Origin: Parcubacteria group bacterium GW2011_GWC1_45_13 | Lineage (GTDB): Bacteria > Patescibacteriota > Minisyncoccia > UBA11713 > 2-01-FULL-45-33 | Reading direction: 5' to 3' | NCBI GenBank assembly: GCA_001001285.1 | Contig: LCKG01000003.1 | Coordinates: 27,746 to 91,745 of the forward strand | DNA length: 64,000 nt | In this document: positions 10,891-19,712 of the stretch, piece by piece | How the letters are laid out: every line of letters starts with the position of its first letter | Position numbering within the stretch: position 1 is the stretch's first letter | The notes under the pieces: generated by a model | Told to the model about the DNA's origin: nothing | Database searches by the model: none | Seen by the model: only the letters and a program-made list of their open reading frames with translations | Position numbers and translations under genes: made by a program

Positions 10891-10918
10891 ACCGAAAGAA
10901 AACCGAAAGTTATCCACA
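10891..10918. promoter_or_regulatory. tandem ACCGAAAG repeat (candidate operator of the LexA fusion) next to a DnaA box
   Basis: ACCGAAAG at 10891 and 10902 (11-bp period), TTATCCACA at 10910, just upstream of the LexA-MTase start. Confidence 0.45.
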
Positions 10919-11012
10919 ACCATTAAAAAGGCGCTTGAATAAAAACCTAAAATCCACTAAGATTTAGGGGATTTGTAACCGGGTCGACAAAAAATTAGGA
11001 GAGTAAATTTTT

Positions 11013-11678
11013 ATGTCAGAATCAATAAATATTAACGATGTTTTTAAAGAAATAGAAAAGTCTGATAAGTCAGAATATCATCGCGGTAAATCTTGGGAAC
11101 ATTGTTATATTTTTTTCAGAAACTATAAAAAATTCGGAAGTGATAAGTTGATGGCAGATTACGCAGCGCTACATTTGGGTTTTTTTCTAGCTAGTTGGGG
11201 GATGTTGCGTGGTTCGAGCTTTTTGTTGCAGAAAGATTACAGATACTTCCTTCCGGTTGTTCGCGTATTGATAAAAGACCAATATAAAGTTTTGTGGAAT
11301 GTTGGCTATTTAAATTTGAACAAAAATCAAGAAAGCGAAATTATTGATATCTTGTTTTGGTTAAAAGACGACATTTGTAAAGTTATGACTCACAATAATC
11401 CTGACGGTAGAAAACCAACCGATTTGTTGATAACAAAAATTATAATGGCCACGATGGGCTGCGTGCCCGCTTATGATCAATATTTTAAGGCCGGTCTTAA
11501 GAGGCGTGGAATTAAAAATAACTTCAGCAAAAAAGCCTTCATAGATTTATTGAATTTCTCGAGAAAAAAACTAGAAAAACTTTATATCAAAAAACAGCCT
11601 ATTAAAGGGACAAATTATAATTATCCTACAGTGAAACTTATAGATTTATACTTTTGGCTTTTAGGTTCGCAAAAATAA
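11013..11678 (+). CDS. conserved hypothetical protein (LASWGMxRGSSFLL motif)
   Basis: 221-aa AT-rich ORF with AGGAG upstream; function not assigned. Confidence 0.75.
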   Translation: MSESININDVFKEIEKSDKSEYHRGKSWEHCYIFFRNYKKFGSDKLMADYAALHLGFFLASWGMLRGSSFLLQKDYRYFLPVVRVLIKDQYKVLWNVGYLNLNKNQESEIIDILFWLKDDICKVMTHNNPDGRKPTDLLITKIIMATMGCVPAYDQYFKAGLKRRGIKNNFSKKAFIDLLNFSRKKLEKLYIKKQPIKGTNYNYPTVKLIDLYFWLLGSQK

Positions 11679-11693
11679 CCGGCCAACAAAAAA

Positions 11694-12074
11694 TTAACGG
11701 GAGAAAGTTTTTTGGATTAAAAAGCCCAGAAGCCAGCCGATGAGGCCGAGGGCGATTGGAAAATAAATGTGGGAGAGGTCAAAATAAACTTCAAAAATCA
11801 CCGCGGGGATGAGCAAAACGCCAATCCACCAGTATTTTTTTGAACCGCCGAAGGCGGTGAAGAGGAGAGTGAGGAAGAAAATGTATGAAAGTGGTATACC
11901 TAAAAGAAAGTTTTCAGCAGATTTCGGCGTGCTAAATAGACTTCCCTCACTAGCACCCTGGGGGAAAAAATAAACATACAGGTTGCCAACCTGATTTGCA
12001 AAAAAATAAGCCAAAACTAAAACAACAATCAGAATGCAAATATTTTTTATTAAATTTTTTAGATCTTCGCTCAT
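11694..12074 (-). CDS. four-helix membrane protein
   Basis: Four hydrophobic segments; start overlaps the stop of the lipase gene. Confidence 0.75.
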   Translation of the reverse strand: MSEDLKNLIKNICILIVVLVLAYFFANQVGNLYVYFFPQGASEGSLFSTPKSAENFLLGIPLSYIFFLTLLFTAFGGSKKYWWIGVLLIPAVIFEVYFDLSHIYFPIALGLIGWLLGFLIQKTFSR

Positions 12075-14476
12075 AAATTATTTAATAGCCAATTAATATC
12101 TTCTTTTAATAAGTTGTAAGCTTGGTCGTTGATGTTTTTGGGATGTTCTCGTTCCAATTCGGCAAGGAACGTTTTTAACGTCTTTTGAGTGATGGGTTTG
12201 TTGTGGATATCTATCCTCTCTAATTTCCCAATCAGAGTGTTTTTAACGCTCTTTTTGGTTATCCACCCCAAAGAATACACGCGCTCAATATCGGAGATTG
12301 TACTCTGGATAGTCGCAATGACACGGAACACCGTCTCTTGATTCGCGAAGTTTCCTACAAAATCAACGGAGTTTACTGCAACCTTATGCTCTCCCAACTT
12401 CTCAAAGAATAAATCAATTATATCGCCGTTCTTTACCATTCTATCATCAAATTTAATCTCTGCGGAGGCAATGCCGGATTCCACATCGCCCACATCCACG
12501 TTTATGAAAATGGTTTCGGAGCGGAGATAATCGCGGGAGACAGGGGAAAGGATATTAATGCTTGGCGGGGTTACATCTTTTGGTTTTATTTCTAAATCGG
12601 TAGGGCTTTCGTTGTTTACTTTTAAGTCCAACTCCGTAATTAATCCGGGCTGGGTTTGGGAGGTATAGTCTTTATCCACAGAGATATTATCTGAAATATA
12701 GCCCGTGGCGATGGTATATTCGCCGCTTCCGGTTCCTTGAGCTTCAATTTTATATTCGCCGTCCAATGGATTAGGGATAGTTATATATTCGTCGTCCGTA
12801 AGAAATCCGGAATAAAACGCGCCATCAATTTGATTAATTTCGTTCCCGCTCGCGAAGTCTTTGCCAATTCTTTTCCCGTCCGGCGCAGTTACTAAAACAT
12901 CAACAGGGGAGAGGATTTTGATGAGGAGGAGTTTCGGATTTATCGATAAGCCATGATCAATCAAGATTGCGGCATTTGCGCCAGTAAGTTTTTTGAAGAT
13001 TAAGCCCTCGGCATTTGTTGGTAACGCATTATGCCCTGAAATCAATTGATTCAAATCACTTACTATAAATTCTCCGCTGCCAGCGGGTACAGTTCCGTCG
13101 CCGAATCCAAATTCAAAGCCTCTATCTGCTGTTGAGCCATCAAATCCATCTGGATAACCATTTTCCCATAAAGGAGTACTGGGAGAATTCACAACTCTAA
13201 TAGCATTTAGAGTGCTGTTATCTCCCAAATCGCCGACTACATTAGTAATTTTTATATTTTTATCAAAAAGACTTAAAACGCTGGTTTTAAGATTTTCAAG
13301 AAAAGTATTTTGAGGATAATTATTTGGATAAGTACGCAACGTTCCGCTATCTTTATCGCGTAGGTAATTGTAAGTTGGGAGAAGTTCTTGGACAGAAGAA
13401 ATTGGTTTGTTTCTTACATAATCAAATAGACTAGAGTACCTCGCCTTTTTAGCTTCTCTACCTAAAACAAATTTCATAAACCAGTCTCTTAGTCTTTCGC
13501 CGGTGTTGCCTGTTTTTGTACCAATCTCACCCGCTTCCCACATAAGATAAGCAAAAGGAGCCCCTAAATGCGGCGTTCCTAAAAAGATCAGTTGGTCAAC
13601 GTCGTTTTCGTAGTTGCCCGACTGGATGTATTGGCGCGCGACGAGGCCGCCCATGGAATGGGCAACAAGGTCAACTTTCGCGCAGTGGCAAACATTTTGG
13701 ACTTCGTTTATTTTGTCGCGAAGCTGGACGGCGGTAATCACATTAGATTGCCGCCAATCGTACGGAAAAGTGAAAAGATCTTTGCCGTCAACATATCCGT
13801 TGGCTTTTAAGGTCGCAATCAGGTCGTCATAGGTATGAAAAATCGGGTCAATCACCCAGACGCCGTTTTTGTCCGACGAGCCCAAAATCCCGGGAATGAT
13901 TATGACGGGGTCTGGCTTTGCTGGCGCTTGTATGGCGCTTTTTATATCAAAATGGATTAAGGCATGCTGGAAATCACCAATCCCTTTTTCAAATAAATCC
14001 ACTGTTTGCGCGGAGCTGGACGCGTCCGAAACGGCTACGAAAAAAGACTGGTTTGTCCCCAGCGGCATTTTAATTATGCCGTCAACGTTTCTATTGGCAC
14101 CGTCGCAGGAAAAGAGAGGAAAGTTAGAGCCAGCTTGGTAAAGCTTGGAATGGCCGATTTCATTACCTCTTGTTCCGTCATAAGTAAAAACATCAAAGCG
14201 AGGATTCAGAATATTGCCATTCGCACATTTGCTGTATACTTGTATGGCGGCAGGAGTTGTAGAGCCGATTAAGGTAAGTGGAAAACAATCCGTGCTGGAG
14301 TTAATTAGGCGCAGAAGCTCCCAGTTGTTCAGCGGCCCGGTAAACTCCGTGATAAACGTGCAGTCGCTCGATTGCAAAGAAGCATAATCCGCGAAGGCAA
14401 TTTGTGCCGTAAGCAGGGCGTAAACAGCGAAAAAAATGGTTAAAGCGTGTTTTCGCATTGCTTTTATTTTTAACAT
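12071..14476 (-). CDS. secreted alpha/beta-hydrolase (LCAT/PGAP1-like lipase or acyltransferase) with accessory domains
   Basis: Signal peptide, PVIIIPGILGS, FPYDWR, AHSMGG nucleophile, LGTPHLGA, GDGTVP; exact start uncertain. Confidence 0.85.
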   Translation of the reverse strand: MLKIKAMRKHALTIFFAVYALLTAQIAFADYASLQSSDCTFITEFTGPLNNWELLRLINSSTDCFPLTLIGSTTPAAIQVYSKCANGNILNPRFDVFTYDGTRGNEIGHSKLYQAGSNFPLFSCDGANRNVDGIIKMPLGTNQSFFVAVSDASSSAQTVDLFEKGIGDFQHALIHFDIKSAIQAPAKPDPVIIIPGILGSSDKNGVWVIDPIFHTYDDLIATLKANGYVDGKDLFTFPYDWRQSNVITAVQLRDKINEVQNVCHCAKVDLVAHSMGGLVARQYIQSGNYENDVDQLIFLGTPHLGAPFAYLMWEAGEIGTKTGNTGERLRDWFMKFVLGREAKKARYSSLFDYVRNKPISSVQELLPTYNYLRDKDSGTLRTYPNNYPQNTFLENLKTSVLSLFDKNIKITNVVGDLGDNSTLNAIRVVNSPSTPLWENGYPDGFDGSTADRGFEFGFGDGTVPAGSGEFIVSDLNQLISGHNALPTNAEGLIFKKLTGANAAILIDHGLSINPKLLLIKILSPVDVLVTAPDGKRIGKDFASGNEINQIDGAFYSGFLTDDEYITIPNPLDGEYKIEAQGTGSGEYTIATGYISDNISVDKDYTSQTQPGLITELDLKVNNESPTDLEIKPKDVTPPSINILSPVSRDYLRSETIFINVDVGDVESGIASAEIKFDDRMVKNGDIIDLFFEKLGEHKVAVNSVDFVGNFANQETVFRVIATIQSTISDIERVYSLGWITKKSVKNTLIGKLERIDIHNKPITQKTLKTFLAELEREHPKNINDQAYNLLKEDINWLLNNL

Positions 14477-14535
14477 AGCGCGCGAATAAAATCCAAGCGC
14501 TTGCAATTTTTTGGGGGCGCGCTATAATGTAGGAA

Positions 14536-15003
14536 GATTCTTCGCCGGATAGCCGGTCCGATGCAAGATCGGACAGGAAAGTCCGAGCACCGCTAAGGTA
14601 TTCCCGACGCAAAGTCGGGATGCTCAAAGTTGCAGCCTCGCTGCGCTTCGGGCAACTTTGGCAGAGGCAGTGGCTAACGGCCACCCCCCGCCAACGGCGG
14701 GGCGAGAAACTCCGACGTAAAGTCGGAGCCCCGACTTCATTATTAAATTTTTTAATAGTGCGTCGGGGGTGTCACAGAGACAATACCGCGGACGTCATCA
14801 TTTTCGGTCTAAAGCCGGAAGCGTTGATAGCGCAAGGGTGAAAAGAGGTGAGGTAAAAGCTCACAGCATGCGTTGGCGACAGCGCGTGGTGAAAAACACT
14901 TGCCCGGTGCAACCTGCCTTATCGGCGGGGCTAGAGCCCGAGAGAAATCGAGGGCCCAGACAGATGGCTATTTAAACAGAACTCGGCTTATGAGCGGAGA
15001 ATC
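14536..15003 (+). ncRNA. rnpB: RNase P RNA, enlarged by hairpin insertions
   Basis: AGGAAAGTCC at about 14575, AACAGAACTCGGCTTAT near 14975-14991, complementary ends GATTCTTCGC/GCGGAGAATC, TATAAT at 14523. Confidence 0.92.
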
Positions 15004-15009
15004 AGAATC

Positions 15010-15044
15010 CCCAGCCCCCCGATGGACATCGGGGGGCTGGGTTT
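15010..15044 (+). terminator. hairpin terminator after rnpB
   Basis: 15-bp perfect arms CCCAGCCCCCCGATG/CATCGGGGGGCTGGG followed by TTT. Confidence 0.7.
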
Positions 15045-15058
15045 ATATAATTCTTTAT

Positions 15059-17371
15059 ATGACTATATCAAACGAGGTCTTATATAAATCGGCGCAATGG
15101 TGTCTCATAGCCTTAGTTTTTCTTTTGCCGGTGTGGTTTTTGCCAACAACGGTTAACCCAGTGGAATTCAACAAGGTACTCTTGGTGTCCATTTTGGTAT
15201 TTTTATCTTTTATTTTATTTCTAGCCTACTCCATAAAATCCGGAAATGTGGCTTTACCGGGGCATGTTGTTTTTATAGCGGCTGGCGTGATGCTTCTTTC
15301 TTGGTTGGCTTCGGCGTTGGTTTCCCATTCGGGCGCGGCGCTTTGGGGGTTGGGAGCGGAACCAACCAGTTTTTTGGCCATAGCCACTTTCTTTTTGATG
15401 AGCGCTATGATTATGCTGCTTTTTTCCGACGGCCGTTCGCTTACCAGATTAATCGCCGCTTTGGGATGGGGATTGCTTTTGTTTTTGCTGACGACTTGGA
15501 TTTTTAATGTTTTTGGATTTGGCCAGAGCCTGGGCGGGCTTTTTCAAAATAGGGTCTTCAACGCCATCGGTTCTTGGAACAGCGCAGGTTTCGCGGCGGC
15601 GTTTTTTCTGATGATGCTTTATCCGTTTTTGAGGATTTCTTCCGGAGCCATAAGGTGGACTGTGGCGATTTCATTTTTGCTTGCGCTGTTTTTGATTTTG
15701 GTGGTTAATTTTCCGCTGATTTGGGGAGTCGTCGGGTTTTTCGCGATTTTACTTTTAAGCTACGCTATTTGGAAGAAAAATGTTTCGCTCGCGGTTATGG
15801 GAATCCCCTCGGGTATTCTTTTAATTTCACTTTTCGGTTTTTTCTTTAGCAATTTTATCGCCTCTACTTTAAATTTTCCGGCTCCGGTGGAAGTCGGTGT
15901 GGCCCACCAAACTACTTTTAACGTGACGAACCAGGCGCTTCGCGCAAATTTGGTTTTTGGCGCAGGGCCGACATCTTTCGGTTATTTGTGGGATAAATAC
16001 CGGCCACTGGAAGTCAACAATACTCCCTTTTGGAGCCTTCGTTTTGTGAGCGGGTCTTCCTTAATGTTAAGCGCGCTGGCCGAGGCGGGCCTTTTGGGCT
16101 GGCTGGCTTTCGTGATTTTTTTGGGCTGGATTTGGTACTTAGGGCTCAAAGCTTTGACAAACAATTCTGGAGAAAGCTCCGAGGTTCTGGTTTTTCCGGT
16201 TTTTTTGCTTTTCAGTTTTACAATTTTAATGTGGTCGCTTTACGCGGTGGGCTACGTATTGACGGCTTTAGGGTTTGTAGCTTTGGGTCTGATGCTTGCC
16301 GCTCTGCGGCACGCCGGCGTGTTCAAAACCTACGAATTTTCCTTGGTGCGAGAAGGGCCGCGCGGATTTATTTCAGCTTTGGCGGTGGTATTTTTTATAA
16401 TCTTAGGAGTTTTAGGTTTTTATTCGGTAATCCGTCGCTATGTTGGCCAGTTGGCTTACGCCGGAGGCTTAGAAGCTACGAACCGCGGCAATCTTGACGA
16501 CGCGGAAAAGCAAGTTTTGCTGGCAGCCCAAGCGGATCCCGGCAACGATTTGTATCTTAGATCGCTCGCCCAGATTTATATGTCTAAGGCTCAAGTTTTA
16601 TTGCAAGACAAAACCACCCCCCCTGATATTTTGGGATCTCGATTTAAAGACTTTTTGGACCGCGCGGTTTCCACTACCCAGGAGGCTATTCGTCGGGAAC
16701 CGTTGGATTTTTTAAATTACAGAACGCTCGGCCAAATTTACGGGTTTCTGGTCCAGTTAAACGCCGCTGGCTCTCTGGAAGCGTCCCAGATTCAATATGA
16801 CGAAGCTTTAAAGCGGGCTCCGGCTAATCCGCTTTTGTGGCGCGATAAGGCCATGACTTATCTTACGGATTTCGCGCTGAAAAAAAATAGCGACTCATTA
16901 AAAAAAGCGGAGGAAGCGCTTTTGAAAGCAGTGGTTTTAAAACCGGATTACGCGGAGGGGCATTTTCTTCTGGCGCAAGTTTATGACGCCGAGGGCCAAG
17001 CAGCGGAAGCCATCCGCCGCGGCGAGGCGGCTGCGCTTTTGGCGCCCAACGATATCGGCACGCTTTTCCAGCTGGGGCTTCTATATTATCGTGCGAGCCG
17101 TTTAAGCGACGCCGAAATTGTGTTCAGGCGCTCGACGGAGATAAGCCCCAATTATTCCAACGCCAGATATTTCCTGGGCCTTATTTACGACAGACTTGGC
17201 AAAAAAACCGATGCTATAGCAGAATTCCAGAAAATTTCGGCGCTCAACCCAGATAACGACGAGGTTAAGAAAATTATTTCCAATCTTAACGCGGGAAAAG
17301 CGGCGCTCGCGGGAATTGTTCCGCCGGGCCAAGCGCCGGAGAAAAGAACCGCGCCTCCGGTAAGTGATTAA
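15059..17371 (+). CDS. O-antigen-ligase-like polytopic membrane protein with C-terminal TPRs
   Basis: About 12 TM helices, FGAGPTSF loop, TPR repeats. True start is ATG 15059 because the longer ORF runs into rnpB. Confidence 0.8.
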   Translation: MTISNEVLYKSAQWCLIALVFLLPVWFLPTTVNPVEFNKVLLVSILVFLSFILFLAYSIKSGNVALPGHVVFIAAGVMLLSWLASALVSHSGAALWGLGAEPTSFLAIATFFLMSAMIMLLFSDGRSLTRLIAALGWGLLLFLLTTWIFNVFGFGQSLGGLFQNRVFNAIGSWNSAGFAAAFFLMMLYPFLRISSGAIRWTVAISFLLALFLILVVNFPLIWGVVGFFAILLLSYAIWKKNVSLAVMGIPSGILLISLFGFFFSNFIASTLNFPAPVEVGVAHQTTFNVTNQALRANLVFGAGPTSFGYLWDKYRPLEVNNTPFWSLRFVSGSSLMLSALAEAGLLGWLAFVIFLGWIWYLGLKALTNNSGESSEVLVFPVFLLFSFTILMWSLYAVGYVLTALGFVALGLMLAALRHAGVFKTYEFSLVREGPRGFISALAVVFFIILGVLGFYSVIRRYVGQLAYAGGLEATNRGNLDDAEKQVLLAAQADPGNDLYLRSLAQIYMSKAQVLLQDKTTPPDILGSRFKDFLDRAVSTTQEAIRREPLDFLNYRTLGQIYGFLVQLNAAGSLEASQIQYDEALKRAPANPLLWRDKAMTYLTDFALKKNSDSLKKAEEALLKAVVLKPDYAEGHFLLAQVYDAEGQAAEAIRRGEAAALLAPNDIGTLFQLGLLYYRASRLSDAEIVFRRSTEISPNYSNARYFLGLIYDRLGKKTDAIAEFQKISALNPDNDEVKKIISNLNAGKAALAGIVPPGQAPEKRTAPPVSD

Positions 17372-19064
17372 ATTTACTAAAATTTTCCACGCCGATCTCG
17401 AAAATATTCATCACGCTGCGCTTTGGCTGGGCTTTTTCGGGATCCTGGCCGACGTTTTAGGCCTTTTCAGGGACCGTTTTTTGGCCGGAATGTTCGGGGC
17501 CTCGCGCTCATTGGATATTTACTACGCGGCTTTCCGGGTGCCCGACTTCATTTATACTTTCATGCTGCTTTTTACGGCTTCCACGGCGATTATCCCGATA
17601 TTTTTAAAAAAGTTTGGAGAAAAAAAAGAATGGTCAGAGGAACTTTTGGGGTCGGCCGTTTTAAGTTTTTCTTTTGTTGTTTTAATTTTAAGCATTGCCG
17701 CGTTTTTTTTGATGCCTCTGATCGCCGGGCTTTCTTTGCCGGGATTTTCAAACGAGGATTTGGGCCAGACTACGTTTTTGGCCAGGATTATGCTGCTTTC
17801 GCCGATTTTTTTGGGGCTTTCAAATATTTTCTCAAGCGTCACCCAAGCTTTCCGGCGTTTTTTTGTCTACGGCCTCTCGCCGGTTTTTTATAACGTCGGC
17901 GTTATTTTAGGCATAACGGTATTTTACAGATTTTTGGGTCTCGCGGGCCTCGCTTGGGGCGTGGCTTTGGGGGCGTTTCTACATATGGCCATCCAGATTC
18001 CATCTCTCAAAAATCTTAGCATCGCGCCTAGACTCAAAAGATTCTGGAGCGCGGATTTAAAGCAGGTCGCTTGGCTTTCTTTGCCGAGAACTCTGGGCCT
18101 CTCCATCACGCAGATAACGATTTTCATTTTGACCGGCATGGCCTCGGTTTTTTCGCAGGGGAGCATTTCTATTTTCAATTTGGCTTTGAACTTGGAATAT
18201 ATTCCGGTCACTGTCATTGGGCTTTCCTACAGCGTGGCCGCTTTTCCGGATCTGGTTTCTTTTTCGCTGAAGAAAGCCCATGATCAGTTTGACAAATATT
18301 TTTCCGTGGCCATGCGGCATATTGTTTTTTGGACTCTGCCTATGTCGGTTTTGCTTTTGGTTTTGCGCGCTCAGATCGTGCGCGTGGTTTTGGGGAGCGG
18401 GGCATTCAGCTGGCCCGACACCAGGCTCACCGCGGCCGCTTTATTTATTTTGAGCTTGGCCGTGGTTTTCCAAAGCTTATTCATGCTTTTGGTACGCACT
18501 TTTTACGCCGAAGGCAAATCCTGGCGCCCGTTGATTATAAACATTGTGTCATCAATACTTTCTGTGGGTGCGGCGTTTTGGTTTGCGGCTTTGCTTGGAA
18601 GGGAGCCAGAAAGCGCGCTTGCGCGATTTTTATCGGGCGCGCTTCGTTTAAGCGACATCCCTGATATCAGAGTAATATCTTTGCCTTTGGGAATTTTGGC
18701 AGGAAGTTTGTTTAATTTTATTTTTTTATTCTTTTCTTTCAAAGCCGTCTTTGGCTGGTTCCCGACGCGAGGTATTTGGCGGACGCTGTTTCAGGTTTCC
18801 GCCGCAAGCGCCGTGGGAGGGCTCGCGGCTTATTGGGGGCTCAATATTTTTTCCAGCCTTTTTGATCTGCAGACTTTTCTGGGAATATTTTTGCAGGGAT
18901 TTTTCGCTGGCGTCTTGGGGATTTTGGCGACAATCACTCTACTTTGGATTTTGCGAAACTCGGAACTTTTTGAAATTTACCATAGCTTCAGAGCTTTCTT
19001 TTTGGAGAAAGAAAAAAGCAAAGCCGACATGGTCGCTCTCCCCGAACCGGAGAGATTACCTTAA
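17364..19064 (+). CDS. murJ: lipid II flippase MurJ/MviN
   Basis: LGLFRDR..A..FGA, YYAAFRVPD, SPVFYNVG. Confidence 0.9.
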   Translation: MIKFTKIFHADLENIHHAALWLGFFGILADVLGLFRDRFLAGMFGASRSLDIYYAAFRVPDFIYTFMLLFTASTAIIPIFLKKFGEKKEWSEELLGSAVLSFSFVVLILSIAAFFLMPLIAGLSLPGFSNEDLGQTTFLARIMLLSPIFLGLSNIFSSVTQAFRRFFVYGLSPVFYNVGVILGITVFYRFLGLAGLAWGVALGAFLHMAIQIPSLKNLSIAPRLKRFWSADLKQVAWLSLPRTLGLSITQITIFILTGMASVFSQGSISIFNLALNLEYIPVTVIGLSYSVAAFPDLVSFSLKKAHDQFDKYFSVAMRHIVFWTLPMSVLLLVLRAQIVRVVLGSGAFSWPDTRLTAAALFILSLAVVFQSLFMLLVRTFYAEGKSWRPLIINIVSSILSVGAAFWFAALLGREPESALARFLSGALRLSDIPDIRVISLPLGILAGSLFNFIFLFFSFKAVFGWFPTRGIWRTLFQVSAASAVGGLAAYWGLNIFSSLFDLQTFLGIFLQGFFAGVLGILATITLLWILRNSELFEIYHSFRAFFLEKEKSKADMVALPEPERLP

Positions 19065-19220
19065 TTCCGGTCCCGCCAATTACTATTGACAAAACATTAT
19101 TTTGGGTGTATAATGGGATTTAGAATGATTAGTCTTTTATGCCCGGCTGTATTCCAAGAAATTGGAAGAATAGCGGCGGCCGTTTGCCTGCTTAGGTCAA
19201 AAAACGGTAATGGAGGATAT

Positions 19221-19631
19221 ATGCATCGAGCTGGAGTGCAATGGACACGTGGCCCGGAGCCACGAGTGGTAGCCGACAAAATTTCCCCATACATCTCTGA
19301 CCAATTCGGCCAATCCGTTCTTTATCGGACGGTGCGGAATTTAAACGAGGTGTATATTGATTGTGAAGAGTTCGATACTGCCGTCATACTTAGCGAACAA
19401 CTCCAAAAAGTCGTTTTCGAGAGTTTTGGATTTTTTTGCGATAGGCAGGTCGACGATAATTACATCGGGATGTTGCTTATCGAATACAAAGAGACTGTCG
19501 AGAAAGCGATCGCAGATCTGAAAGCCACAAGGTCGTGGTTTAAGGACTCTCGGATCGCGGAGATAAGATGGAGGCTCGAGAAAGTTTACATGCGTCCGGG
19601 GCCGGCAATATCCAGCAAGTCGCCGCTTTAA
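19221..19631 (+). CDS. hypothetical protein (solo cassette)
   Basis: TTGACA-17-TATAAT at 19086-19114, GGAGG at 19212, hairpin and T-run at 19651-19683. Confidence 0.65.
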   Translation: MHRAGVQWTRGPEPRVVADKISPYISDQFGQSVLYRTVRNLNEVYIDCEEFDTAVILSEQLQKVVFESFGFFCDRQVDDNYIGMLLIEYKETVEKAIADLKATRSWFKDSRIAEIRWRLEKVYMRPGPAISSKSPL

Positions 19632-19712
19632 TAAAGAATGGTTAGAAACGAGAGGGGGAGAAAAAAATCTTCTCCTCTTTTTTATTTTTTAAATCTTCTA
19701 TAAACTCTATTT

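Noticed and set aside
14873-15058. N-terminal extension of the TPR membrane protein and the ORFs at 14301-14975
   Set aside because: They overlap the RNase P RNA and its terminator; ATG 15059 follows a -10 box.
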